A stretch of DNA of 63,984 nt, the filler included. It is 4 parts of 4 records of this genome, joined end to end, with 100 filler letters (N's around TTAATTAATTAA, not from the genome) between each part and the next. Parts side by side here need not be neighbours in the genome. Positions count along the whole stretch, not along the records: positions 1 to 5,749 come from SRR31156797_5273; positions 5,850 to 18,367 come from SRR31156797_5278; 2 more parts are not named here. One strand, given 5' to 3'. Numbering within the stretch: the first letter of the stretch is position 1; the number at the start of each line of letters is the position of its first letter. The notes under the pieces were generated by a model. It ran no database searches, was not told the DNA's origin, and was given only the letters and a program-made list of their open reading frames with translations. The position numbers and the translations under genes were made by a program. Shown piece by piece: positions 1 through 9,067 of the stretch.

Positions 1-30
1 CGAACTTACGACCTCCTGCTCCCAAAGCAG
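1..30 (-). tRNA. tRNA-Pro(TGG) 3'-half fragment, probably the att-site duplication of the integrated element
   Basis: The reverse complement CTGCTTTGGGAGCAGGAGGTCGTAAGTTCG gives an anticodon stem-loop with TGG plus the start of the T arm. No tRNA 5' half follows, and it lies next to an integrase. Confidence 0.75.
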
Positions 31-193
31 TTTTTTTAACTTTCCTTTAATTTTCATATCTTTTCATAAAAACCCCTACAATCCTTTACTATAAAGGTTT
101 TTTTCTATACTAATTTTTTCTTTATTTTCCTTTGTTTTCCCGATTTTTTCTATATTTGTTTACACTATGTTTACACCAATACCGAATTGAGAT

Positions 194-1417
194 ATGGCAA
201 CAATGAAAATTATTCACTACACAAGTAAGAAATACAGCGACAAAACCAGCCCTGTATTATTGCGATTAACCATTGATAGAAAGATAAGGAATATCAGTTT
301 TCCGGATAACTTTAGATGCTTCCCAAACCAATGGAGTAAAAAAAATATGTGCTTTAACAGTAATTTTCCAAATTATGATAATGCAAACCTCAGGCTTAAA
401 GAGTTGATGAAATTTGCAGGTGAAATAGAAATCACCCTAAACCGGAAAAACGAAAACCAGGGATTTACACATGATGAATTTATAGAGCTATTCAAGTTCA
501 AGCCTAAAGGACTATTTCTTTTTGAATATTTCGATCACATAATAAGACGACTTGAAAGAGCCGGAAAAATTGGAAATATGCAAGCATACCAGGACGCAAA
601 AAACCAATTTGCAAAACATTTCAATACTGATGTTGAAATGAGCAAAGTAACACTAAAGCACCTCAATAGTTTTGTAGAGAGTTGTCAGGCAGAAGGCCTA
701 AAAGATACAACCATAAGCGTAAGAATGCGAACATTGAGAGCGTTGTTCAACAAAGCCCGAAAAGAGGAGGGTTTGGAAAACTATCCTTTCGAAAAATTCA
801 ACTGGAACCAATTGAACCTGGAAACTGAAAAGCGGGCAATATCAAAAACCGATTTACTCAAAATCTATAATCATCAGTTGGAACCCGGTGAACCCTGTTT
901 TGATAGCCGGAATTATTTTCTTTTTTCCTATTTCTGCTATGGAATGAATTTTTCAGATATGGCTTTATTGGAAACCAAAAACATTGTTGAGGATAGCGGA
1001 GAAACAATTTTGATTTATCGAAGGGTAAAAACTAAAAAGATCATAAAATTGAGCCTTTCCGATTATGCTTTGGAAATCCTGAACATTTACCAAAACAGCA
1101 ATTTTGGAAACCAATACATTTTCCCGATCCTTAACCCTGAAATACATAAAACCCCTTTGCAGATCAAAACCAGGCTAAAAACAGCAATAAAGAAATTTAA
1201 CGAGGAAATCCGGGAGCTGGCCCAAAGTTTAGGCATTGAAAAACACATAACCAGCTATGTGGCCAGGCATAGTTTTGCTACAATCCTGAAAAAAGAAAAT
1301 ATTGGAACGGCAATTATTTCTGAAATGATGGGCCACAGCTCCGAATCAGTTACACAAACCTATCTGGATAGTTTTGATAATTCCACCAAAACAGAGGCTG
1401 CAAAGAAATTGATTTAA
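194..1417 (+). CDS. Tyrosine site-specific integrase with arm-binding, SAM-like and catalytic domains
   Basis: N-terminal PVLLRLTIDRK arm-binding region; catalytic-domain motifs GMNFSD, YVARHSFAT, MMGHS and TQTY. Confidence 0.93.
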   Translation: MATMKIIHYTSKKYSDKTSPVLLRLTIDRKIRNISFPDNFRCFPNQWSKKNMCFNSNFPNYDNANLRLKELMKFAGEIEITLNRKNENQGFTHDEFIELFKFKPKGLFLFEYFDHIIRRLERAGKIGNMQAYQDAKNQFAKHFNTDVEMSKVTLKHLNSFVESCQAEGLKDTTISVRMRTLRALFNKARKEEGLENYPFEKFNWNQLNLETEKRAISKTDLLKIYNHQLEPGEPCFDSRNYFLFSYFCYGMNFSDMALLETKNIVEDSGETILIYRRVKTKKIIKLSLSDYALEILNIYQNSNFGNQYIFPILNPEIHKTPLQIKTRLKTAIKKFNEEIRELAQSLGIEKHITSYVARHSFATILKKENIGTAIISEMMGHSSESVTQTYLDSFDNSTKTEAAKKLI

Positions 1418-1479
1418 AGCCTTGAATCTTTGAGAAAACTAAAGCCACGCAAATTTTGAGGCTTTTTATTGCTTCTCAT

Positions 1480-1746
1480 TTAATCAGCAGTATTGTCCTA
1501 ACTTTATCACTTAATCGTCAGTATTGTCCTAAAATTTTCACCTATAAAGTACAATTTTATCATAATTAACTACCTAACCGTGCAGATTGTCCTTGCGATT
1601 ATGAACATTCCTCAATTAATCGGCAAATTGCCCTAACTTTATCACTTAATCAGGAGTATTGTCCTCAAATTTTCACAGATACAGCACAATTTTCATCAAA
1701 ACCAGCAACTTAAACGTGCAGATTGACCGTTCTGAAAATGAACATT
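1480..1746 (+). repeat. Imperfect tandem duplication of about 136 bp, each unit with three copies of a ~20-bp TTAATCnnCAGTATTGTCCT motif
   Basis: Motif copies start at 1480, 1511, 1574 and 1616, 1646, 1710 (offsets 136, 135, 136). Both units end in ATGAACATT. Confidence 0.9.
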
Positions 1747-1924
1747 AAGAACAACTTACAGCCTGTTTTTCTTTTATTTTCACGCTTTACATTAAAATAT
1801 TCATTTTCGCGCCAATATTAATAATTGTTTGTTTTACAGACCTTTAACAGGTTCCAATTTTGTCCTTTTTTTCAATGTTTTCCTGCCTTTCCTTTGTCCG
1901 GTAAATAATTTAATATTTAAACCA

Positions 1925-2173
1925 ATGGAACAAATATTTAAGCAAGTCAGCGAAATCCTCGACAGCCAAAAAAGAGTTGAAAGCCTTTTATTGAGCCAAA
2001 AAACATTTTTAACTTTCAATGAATTGGCAGAATATACAGGCCTCAGTAAAAGCTACCTGTATAAACTTTCAATGAAGTTTGAAATTCCCGGGATGTACCG
2101 GCCAATGGGTAAACAACTGTATTTCGATCGCAAAGAGATAGATCAGTGGATGTTAAGCAATAAGGGAGCCTAA
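1925..2173 (+). CDS. Excisionase-like helix-turn-helix protein (HTH_17 type)
   Basis: LTFNELAEYTGLSKSYLYKL...IP..YRPMGKQLYFDRKEIDQW. The ATG at 1925 is preferred over the upstream TTG at 1829. Confidence 0.85.
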   Translation: MEQIFKQVSEILDSQKRVESLLLSQKTFLTFNELAEYTGLSKSYLYKLSMKFEIPGMYRPMGKQLYFDRKEIDQWMLSNKGA

Positions 2174-2176
2174 AGC

Positions 2177-4255
2177 ATGCCTAACCAACTTAACCCGGAA
2201 ATGGAAGCTGAACGAAACGAAAAAAACAACCTGAAGTCATTCTCCATTCACCAGGTTGCAAAAAAAACAGGCCGTACCCATGCTAACAAAATAACAAATG
2301 TGGATAATAAATCATCCAACAAATTAACACTTCATGCTGAGGATGTTATGAAGGATATCAAACAACTCAAGAAGGAAGTAGAAAATCAAGAACCATCTAC
2401 TGAACCAGAAATACTCAGGAACTTCCACATTCCTGATAGTAAGGATGAGGATGAAGATTTTTCAGAATACGGTTTTGCGATTATCAATGGTAAATATTAC
2501 ATCCGGAAAACGATAAAAGCCGGTAAAAGTGAAAAACACATTGAGGAGGAAGTTTCAAATTTCACGATGAAGTTTTTGTACAATATCACCAACGGGAACA
2601 ATAATTCAACCCGATTGATCTACCTGCAAAGAAAACCACGTAGAAAAGATGGAGACCACGAAAAGAAAATTATTGAGGTGCGTTCAAACGAATTGAAACC
2701 GGAAGCGTTTGAAACAATCCTGAAGTCCTACGGATGCACCTTCCTGGGAAATGCTTACGCATTAAAGAAGATTTTCGCGTATCTTATGGATGATGAAGAT
2801 AGCGCCGTTATCATCAGTTTACTTGGTTGGAATTCAGAACATCAAATATATGCCTTTGCCGACAGTGTGTTCACCCAGGATGGCCAATTACTGAAGGTTG
2901 ACCCGATGGGAATTATCAAACACGAAAGCAAAGCGTATTATTTACCCGCCTACGGCCTGGCCAACATGACTAACGAAGATTATCTGAACGATAAATCCTA
3001 CAAATTCAGGCCGGGCAAAATAGGTTTTGAAACCTGGGCCAGCCTGTTTTATCAGGCCAGCGGCAAAAATGCCATTGCCGGAACACTTTATGCAATAATG
3101 GCCATGTTCAGGGATCTGGTATTTGACCAATTGAAATTCTTTCCATTCTTTTATTTGTTTGGCGAAAAGGGCACAGGGAAAACGTCCTACATTCAACCTT
3201 TGCTTACGCTCATTGGCAGCGACACCACCGGAACACCGCTCAACAATGCTACCATTGTTGCATTGAGCAGAATAGTTTCTTCCAAGTGCAACAGTTTGTT
3301 TTACCTCAAAGAGTACACCACCGAAACCGACCACCTGGCCGAGGATTTTATTTTGTCGGGATACGATGGAGCCGGGCGGGAAACAGGAGTAAAATCCAAC
3401 GACACTAAAACCAAGAAATTTCCGATCAGATCAGGGATCATATTTGATGGTAATGCCCTACCAAGAAAATCAAATATCCTTAGCCGGATGATCCTGCTCA
3501 CTTTTGAACGAACCACCTTTGCAGACCAGCAAAAGCAAGCTTTTGAACAGCTTCGAATACAATCACAATATGGATTTGGTAGTGTACTTCTGGAAATGCT
3601 CAGCATGCGCCCGGATGTTGAACAAACCCTCAAAGATGAATTTGCAAAATCAAAAACTACAATACTGCAGGCCATTCGCGATAATGAACGCTACCAGCAA
3701 ATGCGCAATGCAGACGAAAGGATTCTGCAGCACACCTCTTTATTATTGACCATTTATCGGATAAGCAAAAAAAAGCTTGTTTTTCCATTTGCTGAAATGG
3801 ATGTATTGGATGCCATTATGGATATTGGAGGCAGTATGATGGATAAAATGAGAAATACTGATTCAGTAACTGTATTTTGGGAAGCACTGGCATTTAACAT
3901 CAACCGAAAGCAAGTCGATGAATTTTACCATGACGGTGTAAGCAGTAACTTAAAGTCTGCAGTTTACTGGATTAAAGACAAAGATACTACAGCGCCGCTG
4001 ATGCTAATAAAATTCAAACGGCTCTATCCACACTACGTGAAGTACTGCAAGGATAATGGTATCAGGTTTTTGGATGCCAACAGCATGTTGTCCATTTTGA
4101 CCAGTGAAAACAACGAAAATTTTATTCCCGGAAATCAGAAAGGAAGAGGTAAAGGAGTCACAGTAAAATATTTTCAAAGTGGACATCAGTTTCGCATGGA
4201 TATAGAAAAAACAGCAGAAGGCAAAACATTAATGTTAAACGGAGTTGAATTTTAA
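2177..4255 (+). CDS. P-loop NTPase, putative replicative helicase of the element
   Basis: Walker A FGEKGTGKTS, a Walker-B-like FYLKEY and YDGAGRETG. Resembles the C-terminal helicase part of Bacteroidota mobile-element primase-helicases. Confidence 0.7.
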   Translation: MPNQLNPEMEAERNEKNNLKSFSIHQVAKKTGRTHANKITNVDNKSSNKLTLHAEDVMKDIKQLKKEVENQEPSTEPEILRNFHIPDSKDEDEDFSEYGFAIINGKYYIRKTIKAGKSEKHIEEEVSNFTMKFLYNITNGNNNSTRLIYLQRKPRRKDGDHEKKIIEVRSNELKPEAFETILKSYGCTFLGNAYALKKIFAYLMDDEDSAVIISLLGWNSEHQIYAFADSVFTQDGQLLKVDPMGIIKHESKAYYLPAYGLANMTNEDYLNDKSYKFRPGKIGFETWASLFYQASGKNAIAGTLYAIMAMFRDLVFDQLKFFPFFYLFGEKGTGKTSYIQPLLTLIGSDTTGTPLNNATIVALSRIVSSKCNSLFYLKEYTTETDHLAEDFILSGYDGAGRETGVKSNDTKTKKFPIRSGIIFDGNALPRKSNILSRMILLTFERTTFADQQKQAFEQLRIQSQYGFGSVLLEMLSMRPDVEQTLKDEFAKSKTTILQAIRDNERYQQMRNADERILQHTSLLLTIYRISKKKLVFPFAEMDVLDAIMDIGGSMMDKMRNTDSVTVFWEALAFNINRKQVDEFYHDGVSSNLKSAVYWIKDKDTTAPLMLIKFKRLYPHYVKYCKDNGIRFLDANSMLSILTSENNENFIPGNQKGRGKGVTVKYFQSGHQFRMDIEKTAEGKTLMLNGVEF

Positions 4256-4266
4256 AATATGAATGT

Positions 4267-4480
4267 TGTAACCCCTGTAAACCTTGTAAACAAACCTATA
4301 AATTATGCTCATAATGAATATCATAGCTGGTTTACATTTGGTTTACAGGTTTACACTTTAAAATATTAAAAGGCTGGAATGTAAACCAGGTTTACATTGT
4401 GTGGTGAATATGTAAACCTGTTAATAAGCTTACTTACTGGCGGTTATAAGCAATGGTTTACAAGGTTAACAAGGATTACA
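4267..4480. repeat. Iteron-like array of about 12 direct and inverted TGTAAACC/GGTTTACA octamers; putative replication origin
   Basis: Copies at 4267, 4276, 4285, 4329, 4340, 4348, 4380, 4389, 4411, 4455, 4464 and 4473. Includes the palindrome AATGTAAACC-A-GGTTTACATT at 4378-4398. Confidence 0.8.
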
Positions 4481-4513
4481 TGATTTTAGGTGCATACATG
4501 AGGTAAAAACAAA

Positions 4514-5734
4514 GTGGGAAAAGATTTCAGATACATATTTTACCGTTCCTCAAAGAAATGGATTTGCCCGGGATGTGGCAAAAAAAGGTTTGTGAGGTAC
4601 ATCGACAATGAAACCGGACAGCTTCTACCAATTGAATATGGCAAGTGTGACAGGTCTGACAATTGCGGGTATTGGCTGAATCCATATAAAAACGGTTATG
4701 CCAAAGAAGTATTGAAACAAGAGAAAAACCAAGATCAAACATTCGGTGTAAATACAAAACCGATGTATCAACCGGCACCAAAAAGAGAACCGTTTTACAT
4801 ACCAGTTGAAATTTTGGAGAAAACATTATCCTGTTACGATGCAAATACTTTCATCTGCAACCTTTTCAATAATCATAAATTCCAGGTGAACAGCATCAAA
4901 AAGGTGATCAGCATGTATGCGCTTGGAACCATCCCCAGCGGCTACAGAAAAGGTGCAATCACTTTTCCGTACATTGATAATTGTGGGAACATTCATGCAA
5001 TACAGGTGAAAGAATTTGACCAGGATAACCACACCACAGGACAAGGTTTTATCCACAGCATGATCGAATACAAATGCAAGCAGGCCGGAAAGGATTTACC
5101 AAAATGGTTGGAAGGATACAAACAGAATGAGAAAAGGGTAAACTGCTTTTTTGGTGCGCACCTGCTGAGCAGGTATCCTACCAATACAATTGCTTTGGTT
5201 GAAGCTCCCAAAACCGCTATTTATGGGACCTTGTTTTTTGGCCTGCCGGACAATCCTACAAATATGTTATGGCTGGCTGTGTATAACAAAAGCAGCCTGA
5301 CTGCCAAAAGGTTCCAGGTGCTGCAGGGTAGAAATATTATTTTGTTTCCTGATGATAATGCTTATGAGTTATGGAATCAAAAGGCGGAGCAATTCAAAAA
5401 GCAATTTCCCGACACCAATATTTCTGTATCAGATTTAATCGAAGGGAAATCGGATATCAAAGGAGGCGACCTGGCTGATTATCTTGTTAAAATGGATCCA
5501 TCAGCATTTATGGAACCGGAAGCTGCAGCACCTGAACCCACCCTATTGGAACTTATTGAAGAGCAGTTTACCAAAAGGATGAAAATTGAATTTTGGGTAA
5601 TAAATCCGAAGCATTTTCCCGATTTAACCCGGGATAACATCGATATGCTGATACAGGATTTAACCAGGCATCATGAAATTGTTATTACACAAGATGAATA
5701 TTTGCAGGCATTTCTTAACCTGAAAAGCTCATGA
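4514..5734 (+). CDS. Zn-ribbon plus TOPRIM primase-like protein (PG0870/DUF6371-like)
   Basis: N-terminal CPGCGKKRFVRY...GKCDRSDNCGY; TOPRIM-like IALVEAPKTA, ILFPDD and GGDLADY. Confidence 0.75.
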   Translation: MGKDFRYIFYRSSKKWICPGCGKKRFVRYIDNETGQLLPIEYGKCDRSDNCGYWLNPYKNGYAKEVLKQEKNQDQTFGVNTKPMYQPAPKREPFYIPVEILEKTLSCYDANTFICNLFNNHKFQVNSIKKVISMYALGTIPSGYRKGAITFPYIDNCGNIHAIQVKEFDQDNHTTGQGFIHSMIEYKCKQAGKDLPKWLEGYKQNEKRVNCFFGAHLLSRYPTNTIALVEAPKTAIYGTLFFGLPDNPTNMLWLAVYNKSSLTAKRFQVLQGRNIILFPDDNAYELWNQKAEQFKKQFPDTNISVSDLIEGKSDIKGGDLADYLVKMDPSAFMEPEAAAPEPTLLELIEEQFTKRMKIEFWVINPKHFPDLTRDNIDMLIQDLTRHHEIVITQDEYLQAFLNLKSS

Positions 5735-5749
5735 ATTTTTCACTCTGTG

Positions 5750-5849
5750 NNNNNNNNNNNNNNNNNNNNNNNNNNNNNNNNNNNNNNNNNNNNTTAATTA
5801 ATTAANNNNNNNNNNNNNNNNNNNNNNNNNNNNNNNNNNNNNNNNNNNN
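5750..5849. other. Artificial contig spacer (N run with TTAATTAATTAA)
   Basis: Same 100-nt layout recurs three times; the linker has stops in all frames. Confidence 0.98.
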
Positions 5850-5850
5850 A

Positions 5851-5997
5851 AAAGGTGCAATGGATAAAATCCTTGTAACATTACTTTTAGTAATTGTTGG
5901 GGTTGGAGCTGTTGTTGGATTAAAACAATGGATGGACGCTAAAAAAACAGCTATGCAAACTTCTGCTGATACGGCAATCTCTCAAGCATCGTCTTAA
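5851..5997 (+). CDS. Flp-type pilin, 5'-truncated (probable major pilin); not in the ORF track
   Basis: Translates as KGAMDKILVTLLLVIVGVGAVVGLKQWMDAKKTAMQTSADTAISQASS*. It is a paralog of the next ORF and lies at the head of a tad locus. Confidence 0.75.
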   Translation, partial: KGAMDKILVTLLLVIVGVGAVVGLKQWMDAKKTAMQTSADTAISQASS

Positions 5998-5999
5998 TA

Positions 6000-6033
6000 A
6001 AAACATAGAAAAGATTTTTCTTTTCTATGTTTT
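6000..6033 (+). terminator. Perfect 15-bp hairpin between the two pilin genes (terminator or mRNA stabiliser)
   Basis: AAAACATAGAAAAGA-TTTT-TCTTTTCTATGTTTT. Confidence 0.7.
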
Positions 6034-6044
6034 AGTATTCAAAT

Positions 6045-6242
6045 ATGAAGAACTTATTTAAGAAAATACTACTAAAACTTATCGCTTGTCAAAAAGGTGC
6101 TATGGATAAAGTTCTAGTAACACTTCTTATGATAATAATAGCTGTTGTTGCTCTAATTGGTTTAGAGAATTGGTCATCATCGAAAAAAGATGGATTAATA
6201 ACAAAATCAAACACAGCTATAACATCAGCATTAAATGAATAA
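6045..6242 (+). CDS. Second Flp-type pilin
   Basis: 65 aa with a basic leader ending QKG, then AMDKV and a hydrophobic helix; lies upstream of a prepilin peptidase. Confidence 0.75.
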   Translation: MKNLFKKILLKLIACQKGAMDKVLVTLLMIIIAVVALIGLENWSSSKKDGLITKSNTAITSALNE

Positions 6243-6247
6243 ATCCT

Positions 6248-6682
6248 ATGATTTATCATCTTTCATTTTTTATTTTTTCTATTTTTATCAGTTATTTTGA
6301 TTGTACAAAATTACGAATTCCAAATGTGACATTAATTGCATTACTTATTTTTCTTTTTTCATTTGGATATTTAGAAAATCAGATAAATTATTATTCTTTA
6401 ATAATTTCTTTTCTTATTTTAATCTTTTTTATTGTATTATTATTTCTTATGCCAAAGCAAATATTAGGTGGCGGTGATATAAAATATATGGTAGTGATTT
6501 CAATCTATTTATCACCACTAATGTTCCCGCTTTTTTTGTTATTAACAGGATTAGTTCAACTTGTATTTTTAGTTTATTATCAAAAAATCAGAAGACGAAG
6601 AGTTGCACCAATGGCTCCTGCGATGTTTTTAGCAGTGATATTGGTTAAAATAAATGAATTTTTAGGGTTTTATGCCTTCTAG
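6248..6682 (+). CDS. Prepilin peptidase, A24 family (TadV/CpaA-like)
   Basis: SYFD..LRIPN and LGGGDIK aspartate motifs, C-terminal PMAPAM; polytopic membrane protein. Confidence 0.88.
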   Translation: MIYHLSFFIFSIFISYFDCTKLRIPNVTLIALLIFLFSFGYLENQINYYSLIISFLILIFFIVLLFLMPKQILGGGDIKYMVVISIYLSPLMFPLFLLLTGLVQLVFLVYYQKIRRRRVAPMAPAMFLAVILVKINEFLGFYAF

Positions 6683-6694
6683 AAAGAAGTTATT

Positions 6695-9052
6695 ATGAAA
6701 AAAGCTTTTTTAGACCAACTTTTTTTAGGGTTTCTACTTTTAGTTGCAATAGTTACCTTTGTAGCCACAGTTGTTGATGAAACACAAACAAGAAACAGAA
6801 TCAATGATTTAAAAGATATAGCTAGAAGTTCTTCCCATGCTATGGCAGAATACTATGCTTTACAAGTTGACATGTGTGAAGCACAAGATATAAACAATGA
6901 CTTGTTAAGACAAACTAAACTTGGAACATACTTACTAGATAACAACCTTATATATTACCTTTGGTCTGATACCACAGGAGATGGGCAACCTGACCAAGTT
7001 CAAACAAATATAAATGAACAAGATTTTGATACTTTTTGGTATAGGTTTTTAAATAGAGATAGTTTTAGTGTAGGTCCCTTTGCAGAATCAGAAAATATTC
7101 AAATGCCTGTTACTGTAAATATATCTTTTGGAAGTGAAGGTGCAGATTATAAAAATATGGCTGGAACTTACGAATTAGACCAAAATGGTTGCATAACAAA
7201 TACTCAACTCATTTTAGAAAACTCAGAAAGAGCAGGTTTACAAGCTGGTGATAAATTAGGAAGCCAAATTACAAGCCCTCCAACCTATTTATTTTTAATA
7301 TCTGATGGATACAATGAATTTTATAACAACACTACACACCAAGGACCCTCTTTAAATGATAATATTGAAGTTAATCATTGTTTTAGTGATGCAACTTCAA
7401 GTAATAGTAACCCAACTGTAAAAATGAATGGTGTAACTAAAAATGATGCTAGAATGTTTTTTGAACACGACAATTTAAATGGTGATGGAAACTACGCACA
7501 CTTTCAAATCATACCAAAATCAATTTGGGATAAGTATATAGATTTTATAAATAAACTAAATGGAAATGCAAAAGATAAATATCAACAATTTATTGCACAA
7601 GCAGACCTTCTAAATGCAGATAATGACCCAACAAATGATATCAACTATACAACAGACCCAAACAATGAATATTATTATGCAATGGAAGATATAAATGGCG
7701 GTGGAGATCAAGACTTTAATGACCTAGTTTTAGATAGTACAAGAGTTATTATACCAAACCAATTAAATAACTACATAGTAAATGATGATGGTTCAATACT
7801 ACTTCAATGTGGAGCAAATGAAAACCCAGTGGTTACTATAAATGGTTGTCCAATTACTATAGATGAAGATACAACTTCTGTAAATGATATTACATGGAGT
7901 GCAACTGATTTAGATGGTGCTATTATGTCAACCTCAGCATCAGCAGAAAATGGAACTGTTACAGTAAACAATAATGGAACCTTAACATATACTCCATTAT
8001 CAAACTATTATGGTAATGACTTAATCACTTTTTCAGCAACAGATAATGCAGGAGAGGTTGGTTTTGGCTATTGTAGTGTTGTAGTTGCAGAGGTAAATGA
8101 CCCACCACAAATATCAGGAAATCCTACAACATCTGTAGCAGTAGGCGCCAATTATAGTTTTACTCCTACAGCAACAGATGAAGATGGAGATGTATTAAGT
8201 TTTTCAGCACAAAATCTACCTTCATGGTTAAGTATCAATTCTAATACAGGAGAACTCTCAGGTACACCTGAACTTGCCGATGCAGGAATACACTCAAATA
8301 TAATAATAACAGTATCAGACAATAGAGGTGGAGAGGATTCTTTAGAACCATTTAGTATCCAAGTTCTTGAGGACCCAGTTGTTTTAGTCACTCCTATTCC
8401 TGATGGTACAGTTTATGAGAAAAGTACATATTCTATAGATTACTCAAATTATTTTAGTAGTAATAGCCCATTAACATACACATTGACATACTCATTTAAT
8501 GGGACAACTGATACAATAACACTCGAAGGTAGTATATTTACAAAAGAGATTCCTGACCTTATGGCAGGAAGAATATTTGTATTAAATGTAACTGCAAGCA
8601 ATGGCTCTTCATCTGCTTCAGATAGTTATAAAGTTGATATATTAGATAGAACTAGTTGTAATGGACCATTTGAGATTAACTTTAACCAAAATGATGGTGG
8701 TTTTTCAAATGGAAATAGAGATGGTAAATCATATAGAATTGAAGGTGGTACAAATTATGCTGCTTCTAAAAACTTTGATTTTGGTTTTTATTGTAAAGAT
8801 ACAACAGTACAGATAAAATATACTTTTAAAACATCAGGAAATTGGGAAGATAATGATACATTTAAACTTTTAGTAAATACTAGATATATTGATGAGTATA
8901 CAGAGATTCATCATCAACAAGAAAACTGGATTGACATTACAACATCAGGTAAAACAGACAGTTCAGGTAATTTAACATTATATTTTTATGCTGACACATC
9001 AAGAAATAATGAGCGTGTATGGATTGATGATATAATTGTTGGTAAAGAATAG
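6695..9052 (+). CDS. Large TadG-like minor pilin/adhesin with DUF4114-like and Ig/cadherin-like domains
   Basis: Pilin-like N-terminal TM helix; MEDINGGGDQDFNDLV; IDEDT...GTLTYTP..NYYGND repeat; NDPPQISG...LPSWLSINSNTGELSGTP Ig domain. Confidence 0.7.
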   Translation: MKKAFLDQLFLGFLLLVAIVTFVATVVDETQTRNRINDLKDIARSSSHAMAEYYALQVDMCEAQDINNDLLRQTKLGTYLLDNNLIYYLWSDTTGDGQPDQVQTNINEQDFDTFWYRFLNRDSFSVGPFAESENIQMPVTVNISFGSEGADYKNMAGTYELDQNGCITNTQLILENSERAGLQAGDKLGSQITSPPTYLFLISDGYNEFYNNTTHQGPSLNDNIEVNHCFSDATSSNSNPTVKMNGVTKNDARMFFEHDNLNGDGNYAHFQIIPKSIWDKYIDFINKLNGNAKDKYQQFIAQADLLNADNDPTNDINYTTDPNNEYYYAMEDINGGGDQDFNDLVLDSTRVIIPNQLNNYIVNDDGSILLQCGANENPVVTINGCPITIDEDTTSVNDITWSATDLDGAIMSTSASAENGTVTVNNNGTLTYTPLSNYYGNDLITFSATDNAGEVGFGYCSVVVAEVNDPPQISGNPTTSVAVGANYSFTPTATDEDGDVLSFSAQNLPSWLSINSNTGELSGTPELADAGIHSNIIITVSDNRGGEDSLEPFSIQVLEDPVVLVTPIPDGTVYEKSTYSIDYSNYFSSNSPLTYTLTYSFNGTTDTITLEGSIFTKEIPDLMAGRIFVLNVTASNGSSSASDSYKVDILDRTSCNGPFEINFNQNDGGFSNGNRDGKSYRIEGGTNYAASKNFDFGFYCKDTTVQIKYTFKTSGNWEDNDTFKLLVNTRYIDEYTEIHHQQENWIDITTSGKTDSSGNLTLYFYADTSRNNERVWIDDIIVGKE

Positions 9053-9067
9053 AATGTAAGGATAGTT

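Larger units (their letters stand above)
1..5749. mobile_element. Integrative element or satellite-like island (Bacteroidota type), truncated by the contig end
   Basis: Order is att fragment, tyrosine integrase, Xis-like HTH, helicase-like gene, repeat-rich origin, primase-like gene. Confidence 0.8.

Noticed and set aside
1480-1746. Possible CRISPR array
   Set aside because: The repeats are degenerate with irregular spacing, the spacers are duplicated rather than unique, and no cas genes are visible.
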